Positions 1 through 10,537 of a stretch of DNA of 64,000 nucleotides are shown here, piece by piece (the stretch's first letter is position 1; each line of letters starts with the position of its first letter). This DNA comes from Sarea resinae (taxonomy: Eukaryota). The stretch is from the NCBI GenBank assembly GCA_026026165.1, contig JAPEUD010000002.1, positions 248,001 through 312,000 on the forward strand, read 5' to 3'. The translations under genes and the position numbers were made by a program. The notes below the pieces were generated by a model, which was given only the letters and a program-made list of their open reading frames with translations, was not told the DNA's origin and did not search any database.

Positions 1-2
1 TC

Positions 3-1418
3 TTGTCGCCACCATCAACGACCTACTTTGGCACCGAGCAGTCCGAAACATTCGACTGGTTGACTCCTCTTGACGACTATGCCTCGCCGTCTCAACAGCC
101 CTGTCCGTGGTGGGGCCACCAGGTCGATCCAGCTCTTGGCCAAATCCCCTCACTTCCCAGCACATCCGTTGCCGAGAGCTCCATGGATCCATTTGAGACT
201 TTCGTTGACTCCTCGATGCCCTCGCCCCAGACCGACTTCTCGACGCCGAATCATCGGCCTAATAAGCCACACCTGCTCCTTTCCGGTAGTGGCACCAGTC
301 CAGATGAACAGAGTAAGACGCGAGAGGATCAGAGTTCAGTTCAACGGCAAGCCCACGACGAGCTTCACTCTGCTGCCCAGGATACTCCTATACTCCCGGC
401 GGTGGATGTCAAGTACGGATGTATTCGGCACCTATCTGATCTCCACCTCCACCTTTACCAACTCTCCACGTGCATTACACCATCCATAGTCCAGGACCAA
501 GGATGCGGTTCTCCGCCGCGCAACTCGTCAAGCACCAGAAGACCTCTTCACTCCTCTGAAGAGCACATTTCGAAGCCGCAACGTCGAGAATTTCGCATCG
601 ACGCGATCCTCGTAGCTTCTCAAACCCTGGTCGAGATCCTTCGAAAGCTGGCCCAAGCAACCTCGGCATGTCCCTCGCAGAGCCAGCCGTCGAACTCACC
701 AACCATCGCAGACACTCCGCACCCTCATCGGTCCTTCACAGAGCTCCCTCACCATGCTCGTGAACCATTTCCGCCATCTCCCAACTCATCTGGTCCCGTA
801 CCATCGCCGTCACCGTCCTCGCACCGCCACCAATCCTTCGACACCGCAACCGCACTCCTGATCCTCACCGTCTACACGCGCCTGCACCAGATCTACGACA
901 CCTTCCTCCGCTCCCTACATGACTCGCTCGACCCATCCGCCCCGCTCTCCAGCACCGGCCTCAGCCTGCCCGGGATCCAAGTCGGCGCCTTCTCCACGAC
1001 GGCCACCACGACATCGGCCTCGCACCTCGAAGTCGTCGTCACCCTGCAGCTGATCTCGCACTCCTTGCTCGACATCGAAAAGGCCGTGCAGAGATTGCCC
1101 ACCGCATCCACATGCTGTGCTGTCGTCGGGGTCGCCAACGACGGCGGTAGCCTAGGCAGCAATGGCGGGCCCCGCCCCCGTTCGCTGAAAACGGGCCGCC
1201 GCGCAGCAGCAGAGAGGATCAAAGGAACCACCACCACCTCCTCCTCCTCCTCCTCCTCCTCCTTCTCTTGTCCTTTCCATTCCCCAGCCGTGGCTGGCAG
1301 TCGGACCCAGCCCGCCCTGTCCTACGTGTGTGAGCGAGTGGTGGCGGACGTGCGGAGCGGGGCCAAGGCTCTGAGACAACGGATCCGAACCGTCAAGGCG
1401 CTGATCAGACATTCATGA
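3..1418 (+). CDS. Probable pathway-specific Zn2Cys6-type transcription factor, C-terminal part (5' end outside window)
   Basis: Open from the window edge. Ser/Pro-rich linker plus the helical blocks LSDLHLHLY, IDAILVASQTLVEIL, DTATALLILTVYTRLHQIY and LPGIQVGAF, typical of the C-terminal region of AflR-like cluster regulators. The zinc cluster itself is not in the window. Confidence 0.65.
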   Translation: MSPPSTTYFGTEQSETFDWLTPLDDYASPSQQPCPWWGHQVDPALGQIPSLPSTSVAESSMDPFETFVDSSMPSPQTDFSTPNHRPNKPHLLLSGSGTSPDEQSKTREDQSSVQRQAHDELHSAAQDTPILPAVDVKYGCIRHLSDLHLHLYQLSTCITPSIVQDQGCGSPPRNSSSTRRPLHSSEEHISKPQRREFRIDAILVASQTLVEILRKLAQATSACPSQSQPSNSPTIADTPHPHRSFTELPHHAREPFPPSPNSSGPVPSPSPSSHRHQSFDTATALLILTVYTRLHQIYDTFLRSLHDSLDPSAPLSSTGLSLPGIQVGAFSTTATTTSASHLEVVVTLQLISHSLLDIEKAVQRLPTASTCCAVVGVANDGGSLGSNGGPRPRSLKTGRRAAAERIKGTTTTSSSSSSSSFSCPFHSPAVAGSRTQPALSYVCERVVADVRSGAKALRQRIRTVKALIRHS

Positions 1419-1935
1419 GCCACGAGCCACGAGCCGCGAACCCTGCCGGGAGCAGGGTAGACGCGAATCGTAAAAAAGCAAAAAGGGGGGGGGGGGGGAA
1501 TAAATGGAAATGAAAATGCAATCTACAGGGCTCTCTCTCCTAGACGCCTGGATTCGAGAAAAACCCTCTTCCCTCGAACGAGAAACACAATCTCTCCTTT
1601 TCATGTATATACAAACCCCCCCTTTCCGCTTCTAGATAGACCAGCATAGACCAGCATAATAGAAGAAGACAGGTAGATGTGTGCGTCAGCGATATGATGT
1701 GAACGAATGAATGGATCTAATGAAGGAGACATGGATGGCTGTTGTTATGTTCTGGGATACGAGCTACGAGCTACGAGCTACGGGGTCTGGTTATACGATC
1801 AAGTCGGGGGCCGGGGGGTTTCGGTCGGATATGGCCTCTCCTTTCGGTTTCGTGCTTGATATAGTAGTGAGTAAGTTGTACGGTACTTTACTTTACTGGA
1901 CTCCTTTCTGCTTCACTACCTTGGGTACGGTTCAG

Positions 1936-2016
1936 TACTCACTACTCACTGCTCACTACTCACTGCTCACTACTCACTGCTCACTACTCACTGCTCACTA
2001 CTCACTGCTCACTACT
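1936..2016. repeat. Heptamer tandem repeat (CTCACTR)n
   Basis: Alternating CTCACTA/CTCACTG units seen directly. Confidence 0.9.
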
Positions 2017-2669
2017 ACCCACTAGCTTACCTCGCCTTTTCCTATCGAATCAAGTGTGGAATAGATCATATAGAACATGTACCTATAGACAGGCAGAGAT
2101 AGGCATAGGCATGCACTCGACAGAGATCATACAGAGCATCCATCTTTGGGGTTCAAAAGAAAGTTGCCTGACAGGACTAGTGTTCGCGTTCGGCCGCATA
2201 GGGGATCCGTCACGGTTCTACCCGTCTGTACTCCCTCCCGCATTGCATCGTCATACATATGATTGCCACTCTCTGAGAACTCCACATATCCCGTCTCCTT
2301 CGGCCGGATCCCTGATGGTGGTGTAAACTTTTACAAGAGCGGGAACGTGACCACTAGGGGATGGAAATCGAGATGGGAAAATCGATGCGATTGAGCGGCT
2401 CATGAACAAGGGTGGTGTCAGTGGTGCAATTGCAATGTTGGATAGTGGAAGCCAGGCCGTACAGAGCTTGATAGGACAATGTCCAAGTTGACTGTTATTG
2501 TTCGTTGGTGCTGGAAGAGAAAGAGCCCGGGGAAGAGGATATGGTCGGATGTGATAACGCCTGCCTTTTCGAGTAGTTCCCACCATGCCGCTCCCCCTCC
2601 CCCGCCCCCAAACATAGATACCATGGTCAGAGGTACCGAATCAGCGTCGAAGCGCCGCCGTTGGCCGAT

Positions 2670-3230
2670 CTAGACCGTCACGGTCTTTAGTACGGCAATC
2701 AGGAAACTCGTCCATCCGGCCAAATCGACCGTGAGCGCGCGGACCCGGTGGATCTTCAGCCATTGGTGCAGATACGCCATACTGGTCTTCCCGGCCTCCT
2801 CGGGCTCCCGCTCGCCCTTTTCCGCGCTCTCCTTTCGGGACTTCTCCAGAGCGACGAGGTTCCCCACGGGCCCGGTGATGGCGGGCACGAAGGCGAAATG
2901 GGCCATGGTGAGCGCGAGCCCAGCGGCGTACCACTTCAGGCTGCCGGCGTCGTTGAGGGCGCGGCGGTCGACGAAGAGGTTCGTGATGGCCGTCGTGATG
3001 GTCGCGGCGTTGATGCCGAGGATGAAGAAGATGCCCGTGTTGAAGAAGTTGGTGAAGTAGGCTGGGAGGACCTGGTGGGTGGTCGGAGCAAGGGTGGTGC
3101 AGAGTGGGGGCTGCGTGAAGACGGTCAGGAAGAAGTGCTGGTCCCAGGCATAGTAGAGGGATGCGGTGGTCGTGATGATGGGGGCGAGGCGGAGGAGTTT
3201 GCGGGGGTCGGTGAAGGCGCCTGACGCCAT
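2670..3230 (-). CDS. Small integral membrane protein, DUF1772/anthrone-oxygenase-like
   Basis: Intronless 186 aa ORF with GC-rich codons and about 4 hydrophobic helices. C-terminal WLKIHRVR (W-x-x-x-H-x-x-R) motif resembles DUF1772-like proteins. Confidence 0.6.
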   Translation of the reverse strand: MASGAFTDPRKLLRLAPIITTTASLYYAWDQHFFLTVFTQPPLCTTLAPTTHQVLPAYFTNFFNTGIFFILGINAATITTAITNLFVDRRALNDAGSLKWYAAGLALTMAHFAFVPAITGPVGNLVALEKSRKESAEKGEREPEEAGKTSMAYLHQWLKIHRVRALTVDLAGWTSFLIAVLKTVTV

Positions 3231-4402
3231 GTTTGGTTGATCTCAAGGATGGAGTGGTGGTAGATTGATACTTTTCAGGAATGATGATGGTGGTGACGAG
3301 GTGAGAGGAGATGAGGGGAGGGGAGGTGAGGTCTTGAGGTCGTGGAACAAAGAATGTCAGAGAGTAGGCAAGGTAAGCTCTCCCCACCTCGTACCTACGT
3401 CGTACCTGAGCTGCGACTACTTCCTTGAGAGACTACTCATCAATCTGAGTCCCTCCCTAGGTTGAAAATGCATCCTTCCGTGCATGGGATGAGTAAGAGA
3501 GGGGCTCTCAGATGATGCAGTAAGAGGAAAGAATCGCTTGGAAGGAGGAGAGGTGTTGTCTTGATCGAATCCATGGATGGCATCAAGATACCGCTCTGGT
3601 ACTCGGACGTGCACCATCAACGAGCAGCGCTCCTACTCGGTAACAGAGTATCCAATGTACTATGAGTATACATCTCGTCCCTCCTTCGGCTACCAGCATC
3701 CAAGGCGGGAGATGCACATTCGGCGTATTTAGGCGCATTTAGGCGCATGTAGGCGCATTTACGATGTGCGGAGTAGGCGTTGGCCAGGGCGAAGACCCTG
3801 AATGATGTGCTCCACTCGCTTGGTTGCCTGGTCAGCCTCCCTGTCATCCTCCTTCTTACTCCTCCTCACCGTTGGGTGGCATTCGTGTGGACGGTACGAG
3901 GGTCATCGCGAGCATCACGCAGGAAGGGTGTTGTTGCGCGCCCTCATCTATTCCATTGGCATCTCCGTCTGACCGTGTCAAGACTGACTTGATGAATCGA
4001 ATCGCATAGGGGTGCAGTCCCTCCATGCAATCCATGGATGCCAGTTCGTAGGCACTGAGTGACACATGAAGCTGAGACTGATCGGACTGGTCGGATCAGA
4101 CGGGAAGTGAAGGGGATCTCATAGGTATGGGTGCTGCCATTGATCCTCCTGTGGGTGCCACCGGTGACAGACTCTCCCTGTCATGGGATCTGCCCACATA
4201 CCATAGCTCCCCTCCCCTCAATCACCTCGCCGTCGTTGCGCTTTCTATCTCCCCACACGCCTCGTCGCTCATCAGAAGGCAAAACATCTGCAATCAGTGA
4301 TCGGTGGGTCATGTCTGACTAACCCACTGTAGTCCACAAAGCGTCCCAAAGTCTCTGGACCTATGCCCATCTTTCTTCCTCGCATGGCCACCGTCTCTGC
4401 CC

Positions 4403-6097
4403 ATGTATCAGAGGTCTTCTATGTCTCCTCCCGATGAATCGGGCCCGTCAGGCCCGGCCGCGGATGTGTCAACTGACGGAGGCGCTGCGAGGCCTGCCGC
4501 CAAGAAAGGCTGGCGCTTCTGGTTGATCTTCTTCGCCCTCAGCGTGACCGTTTTCCTGGCCGCTCTCGACACCTCCATCATCTCAACCGCCCTCCCGACT
4601 ATCGCTGCCAGCCTGCATTCACAAGAGCTCTACGTCTGGACCATCAATGCATATCTCCTGGCCTCGACATCCGTTCAGCCAATGTTTGGTCAGACCGCCA
4701 ACATCTTCGGCCGGCGATCCATGACCATCTTGTCGGTTCTGCTTTTCATGCTTGGCAGCGGACTCGCTGGAGGGGCCAAGAATGAATCCATGATGATTGC
4801 CGGACGGGCCATTCAAGGGATCGGTGGAGGGGGCATCACCACTCTATCCGAGATTGTGGTCTGTGATTTGGTGTCTCTGCGTGAGCGAGGCCAATACGCC
4901 GGCATCATCGGTGCAGTCTGGGCCGTCGGCTCCGTCGTCGGTCCCATCCTGGGCGGCGCCTTTGCAGAGGATGTAACGTGGCGCTGGATCTTCTACATCA
5001 ATCTCCCATTGTCTGGTCTCGCTCTGGCATTGCTGATTCCTTTCATGAAAGTCAACCATCGCCGGGAAGGGACCATCTGGCAAAGGCTGGCACGAGTCGA
5101 CTGGTTGGGCAACACGATTTTGATCCTTTCCGTGGTTTCTATCCTGCTGGCCTTGACCTGGGCTGGAAGCATACATGCATGGTCGTCCTGGAGGACCATT
5201 GTCCCGCTTGTCCTGGGCCTTCTTGGTCTCGTTGCGTTTCTGGCCTACGAAACAGCTCCGTGGGTCACTGAGCCGACCATGGGGATGCATCTGTTCTCGA
5301 ACCGAACTTCGAGCGCAACCTACATTATGTCCTTCCTGCACGGTATGATCCTCTACTGGGTGTGTTACTTTCTGCCTGTCTACTTCCAGGCCGTGCTCAA
5401 CGCTTCCCCCAAACGTTCTGGGGTGGAGCTTTTCCCAACCGCCACCGTCACCTCTGCGTTTGCCGTCATCGCGGGCATGCTCATCACCATCACGGGCCAC
5501 TACCGCGCATTCCACTTCATTGGCTTCGCCCTGATGACCATTGCATGCGGCCTCTTCACGCTCCTGACCGAACACTCTCCGACGGGCTACTGGGTCGGGT
5601 TCCAGATCCTCTTCGGCGCCGGCTGCGGCACCGTCTTCACCAGCTGTCTCCCACCCATCCTGGCCGCGCTGCCCGAGACCGAAGTCGCCACCGCCACCGC
5701 CACCTGGACCTTTCTCCGCAGCTTCGGCTCCATCTGGGGCACCGCCATCCCATCCGTCGTCTTCAACTCACGCGTCAACCACATCATCCGCAGCCAGTAC
5801 CCGACTCTGCCCGCCAAGAACCTGCTCCTCGACGGCGGCGCCTACGAGCACGCCACGGCCCGCTTCATGCGCTCGTTCAACGCGACCCCGGCGCTGAAAC
5901 GCACCATCGTCGCCATCTACGTGCGCGGTCTCCAGACGGTCTGGCAGGTGTCCATCGCCTTTGCCGGCTTAGGCTTTCTCGTGGCTCTGTTCGTGCGCCA
6001 GCTGACGCTGCGCGATGAGCTGTCGACGGAGTTTGGGCTCCAGGAAAAGTCTGAGACCAAGGAGGCCGCGGACGGGGTCGTGAGGGTTTCTCCGTAG
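4403..6097 (+). CDS. MFS drug:H+ antiporter (DHA2, about 14 TM), toxin-efflux type
   Basis: Motifs FLAALDTSIISTALPTI, GQTANIFGRR, GRAIQGIGGGG, GPILGGAF and WRWIFYINLP. Intronless, 564 aa. Confidence 0.95.
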   Translation: MYQRSSMSPPDESGPSGPAADVSTDGGAARPAAKKGWRFWLIFFALSVTVFLAALDTSIISTALPTIAASLHSQELYVWTINAYLLASTSVQPMFGQTANIFGRRSMTILSVLLFMLGSGLAGGAKNESMMIAGRAIQGIGGGGITTLSEIVVCDLVSLRERGQYAGIIGAVWAVGSVVGPILGGAFAEDVTWRWIFYINLPLSGLALALLIPFMKVNHRREGTIWQRLARVDWLGNTILILSVVSILLALTWAGSIHAWSSWRTIVPLVLGLLGLVAFLAYETAPWVTEPTMGMHLFSNRTSSATYIMSFLHGMILYWVCYFLPVYFQAVLNASPKRSGVELFPTATVTSAFAVIAGMLITITGHYRAFHFIGFALMTIACGLFTLLTEHSPTGYWVGFQILFGAGCGTVFTSCLPPILAALPETEVATATATWTFLRSFGSIWGTAIPSVVFNSRVNHIIRSQYPTLPAKNLLLDGGAYEHATARFMRSFNATPALKRTIVAIYVRGLQTVWQVSIAFAGLGFLVALFVRQLTLRDELSTEFGLQEKSETKEAADGVVRVSP

Positions 6098-6949
6098 TGT
6101 GCGCGGGTTGAGCATTTCGGGCTGCGGATGGTATGAATGGGAATGGATGGTCATACACGGGTAGGGATTGAGAATAGTTCAGGTCAAGGATACGCGTAGC
6201 ACAACACAGGTGGTACTAGTTGTTTAACGTAATATCCATCCCCCTTTCTTCTTCCCCCCTTTTTCCTTTCCCCCCCTCTTTTTCTTGAATTGGCCCGTTC
6301 TCACCAAGTGGCATCCAAAGACGGGAGGGGAGATTCAATGAACGCTCGAGTGTGGTGTAAAGGCGTACTTGTTTCTTCGGTTATTTTTTTTGGGGGGGGG
6401 GGTGTTTTGGTGTTTTCCCAACAGATCATCAGAATCAGAATCAGAATCATAGTCGGACGAGATGATGATAAACGTGACTTGGCTTATCTTAGTCGTCGTG
6501 CCTTGGCTCCTATCACTGCATTTTAACCTCACTACTAACCTCGCCTTATCTCCTATCTCCCTATATCTCGCCTACCTAGGTAGGTGGTAGGTGAAATAGG
6601 AACAACGTAGAGACCGACCTAAGGTAGCTCTATCTGATATCTGATTAGCTCTGTGAAATCTATGAATCTGTGACCTGCGAGTAATAGCAGCAGGGGAGGA
6701 ACAGAGAAGGATGGAGGAAGGGCAGATGGGGCTGTTATGAAAGAGGTTGAAAAAAAAGGGGACGGCTAGAGAGTATAGAGTATAGAGTATAGGGGCGGGA
6801 ATCATCCCCCTTTTCCTGAATTCAAGTTTTCTTTTTGTTCTTGATGTCTTCGTTTGGAAACTCGTGCATTTTTGTTTTTTTTTGGGGGGGGGGGGGGGAG
6901 GGGTTTTTTTAATTCGTTGATAACGTTTTGTCTAGGGCAAGCTAGGGAT

Positions 6950-7041
6950 AGGTCAAGCCAGGTCAGGTCTGGTCAAGCCCGGTCAAGTCAGGTCAGGTCA
7001 GGTCAGGTCAAGTCAAGTCAAGTCAAGTCAAGTCAAGTCAA
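6950..7041. repeat. Pentamer microsatellite (GTCAG/GTCAA)n
   Basis: Seen directly. Confidence 0.9.
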
Positions 7042-7146
7042 TCCGAAACAATCAATAAGTCTCCTCCTAATCGGCCCCCCTGCAAAAAATAAAAATAGAG
7101 AAAATAAAGAAATCCCTCTCAGCCGTTAATATCAACATCAACATCC

Positions 7147-8481
7147 CTATCCCGTCGTCATCGTAGTCTTCGTCATTGCTTTCCTGATCAGTTTGAGATA
7201 GACCACACAACAGAAAATACGCTCGTCCCTGTACCGGGCGAGGAAAATCTTCTTGGATCGCGCGATCCAGTCTTCGAGGAGGGAGGACTCGTTCTCGGCC
7301 GCTCTCTCGGCCGCTTTCTGGGCCTCTTCCTCGGCGCCATCACGGCCTTCGGGGGCCGCCGGGTCGTGGTGGCGGACGGCTTTGATGAAATAGCCCGAGA
7401 TGACGGCCATCATCCAGTCGATGACTGTGGTGGCGTAGTGGATGCTGGCGGCTGAACAGTCTTTTTCTTCTTTTTCTTGCCCTTCTCCTCCCCCTGCCCC
7501 TCCTCCTCCTCCATCTCGAATTTCAGCATCCTGGATGGATGATTTCTGGCGCTGTTGCTCTCTCCTCAAGAGCTGTATAGCCGGATGCTCAATTTCCTTC
7601 TCAAAGAGCCTTTCCACCTCCCACACATCCTCAAGCTCGTCCAACACACCCCGGACATCCTCGATCGTGCGATTATACGTCGGGACCTCGAACCGGCCCA
7701 GCACGTCCGTCGAGAGCACGCCGTCCTTGACCATGTCCGCCAGTGCCGCCCGGCACGATTCAGCGACAGGCGCGTAGTTCGGCGCGCCCGACGCCGCCGT
7801 GCCCACAAACGAGAGGACCAGCTCGCTTCCTGGGAGGAACTCGGCGGCGCGGAGATCGAGGAATAGGCGCAAGTCGCGCCGGGATTGCTCGCGGAGGACG
7901 GCTTGGCGGGTCTCGAGGTTTGAGGCGTCGGCGACGCTCGCTGCGGCGGGTACGTGGGACAGGTGATGCAGGGCGGCGAGGGAGAAACCTACGTTGACGG
8001 TCCAGTGCGGCATGACGGGCTGGTAGAAGCTGCGGGGAACCATGGAAGAGAAAACGGAGAGGGAGGCAGGCCATTTGGCGCTGGAGACGGTCGTGGCGAG
8101 AGAGTTGAAGTCGTTGGCGGGGCGGTCGGAGAAGATCAATTGTGCTTGGGTTTGTTGCTCTGGAGAAATATCCTTGAAGTGCGATTCCAGGATGCGCTTA
8201 AAGGGCATGAGGCTGGACTCGAGTCAATTCAACATGTCCAAATTTTGATAGCTAGTCACATACGAATTGTTCCCCTGAGCAGCCCCATATTCCACAGCCG
8301 TGAATATCCCCTCGGATCTTGCTCTTTCGCCACGAGAACTGCGCTCGAGGAGCGGCAAAGCTTCAACCATCGCAGCTGCCTGCAGCGCGGAGTTGGAATT
8401 GTAGAACCCAGCACCTTGCATGGGCACGTCGTTCTCGACAACATTGCCGTCTCCAGCGAGCTTCTCAGGAATACCGGTCAT
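7147..8481 (-). CDS. SAM-dependent carboxyl methyltransferase, SABATH (Methyltransf_7)-like; 2 exons
   Basis: Exon 1 carries MQGAGFYNSNSALQ and EYGAAQGNNS. Intron 8263-8213 (GTATGT...CAG) joins in frame to exon 2, which carries FSDRPANDFNSL, PRSFYQPV, SLAALHHLS and DLRLFLDLRAAEFLPG, the characteristic SABATH motifs. Confidence 0.88.
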
Positions 8482-9442
8482 GGTGATAATCGATAAACAG
8501 CTAGCCGCCAGGAATGTGAGGATCTTCAATGGCCAACAACGTCGATCTGGGGTAATTAACTTTGGAGCTTCTGACTTGACAGGCGGGACCTACGTTAGCC
8601 CTTCAGCCGAAATGAGGAGTTGTTGGTTCGGTAAGATTGATGCATCGAAAGTCGCCGATAGTATCCAAACCAACACCATTACCGGCGGATTAGTAGGCTT
8701 TGATATAGAACCTCCAGGATGCCAATTGGTATTGCAGTATCGAAGCATCTCGCAGGTCTTCGCCATGCTTCGGAAGTCATACAATCACTTCTGACAACCA
8801 TTGTTCGAGGGTGTAGTTTAGAGCTATGCCGAGCAGCCACCATGAACGAATGAAGCATGCTGTGCAGAAATGTCTCCACCTACATCACAATCATCTCGTG
8901 CTTTATCAAACCCCTCTCTTTTCGAGTAGGCACTCTCGATTTTCGACATAATGAAATCCAAGATGGCAGCGTGGCGATCTTCATTTCCTCTAATCGTTGA
9001 CAAGTCGAACAGCTCCACACAATCAGAGATTCTGGTAAAACCCATCAAACGTCTCCAACTCCGTTGGGAACATCAAGCCTCGTTTGGAATCTAAAACATT
9101 CAAATCGTCGGCGTGCGTCAGGTATATCCACCTATTTCCATCCGACCTTCTGCCATGGATGTGTCGAGCGTTACCTTGTGTTCCGCGGACGCGGGATCCA
9201 TCGCCAGGATTCGGCAATCGGTACAGCGTTCGGCGAGAACGGCAGCCCGATTGGAATGCCACCCTGTTGTCTCTTGCTGTATTTTTGAGGGAATCTTCAC
9301 ATGGTTTACGAGTTTACAGAGGTCCGCATGATTGTGAAGGAGAGTTGGATTTATCAAGGTGAACTTGGTTTGGGGCCAACGTTTTTTATTGGCACACTTC
9401 TATTTAAGGGGTAGTCGGATAGAGGTAACTGCGCGCGCATCT

Positions 9443-9767
9443 TATCGAGATGCTCGGCGTACGTGACTATTAAGACTCTGTTTATATACTACTTACCTAT
9501 ATAATAAACCTCTAAATTAGCTATAATAGTGAAAAGATTACTCTAGAAAGGACTCTTATTAGTACATACCTACAGATAGGACTAACTATTATTACCTTAA
9601 GCACTAGTATAAAAACTCTCTCTTCTTTTTATCCTTGTACACTCTCTTCTTTCTATGTAACCTAGAAATAAGGAATATCTAGTCAGTCAATTAGTTCACT
9701 TAGTTAGTCATTTAATAATCAGGCAGTCAAGCAGGTATAGAACTAAGTAAAAGTCTTGTATTATACA
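9443..9767. mobile_element. AT-rich, RIP-like relic, possibly a solo LTR
   Basis: Abrupt AT/TpA-rich stretch with essentially no CpG from about 9465 to 9795. Internal TATAAAAA is followed by a CT-rich tract. The element ends in ACA and is flanked by direct repeats GCATCT (9437-9442 and 9768-9773). Confidence 0.45.
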
Positions 9768-10537
9768 GCATCTGCATTTGTGTGATATTAATACTGCGTG
9801 GCATGCGCTTTAGCAGGCAAGGCAAGACAAGACAAGAGAAGACAAGACAAAGCGAGAACAGGGCCAAGACAAGATAAGGGAACCACAGAACCTATGCACG
9901 TCCTTTCCCTTCCCTTCCTTTTCATTTTTGACTCTCTGGTACTATACTGTACTGTACTGTACTGTACGGCTTTGTATTGTACTGCACTGTACTGCTTGCT
10001 GTGGAAACTAACAACTGATAACTGACAACGATAAATTACCAAGCCCAGCCACAACCCGCGATTCGCGATTCGTGATCCGCGTGCAATCCCACATCGCGAC
10101 AAAGAAAAGGCAGACTAGACAACCAGCCAGACAGACAGACGAACATAAAAATAGACGGACCAAAAGAAGCAAAAGACTCAAGGCCGGACCAGACCAGAGG
10201 AGATAAGAATATAGATAGTAACAGAGTAGACACAGACCGACCACCGATTTGAATCCCCGACCCAACAGACAAATAAAGAGAAGACGCGGGGTAGCGTGCG
10301 CGAGACCGGAGCACGAGAAGAATGCTGAGCGGGAAATGTCAGAGGATATGACACGACACAACACGACACAACACGACAAGACAAGACACGTAAACGCCTC
10401 GCTGAACCGAACAGGAAGGAATTACAGTATGAAGGGATTGCGGAAGAGGAGGCCACCGCATCGACCAGGAGAGCGGATAGAGCTAGGCCGGATTCAGGCA
10501 GAGCAAGAGTAAAATGGACATCGAGACATCTCATCTC

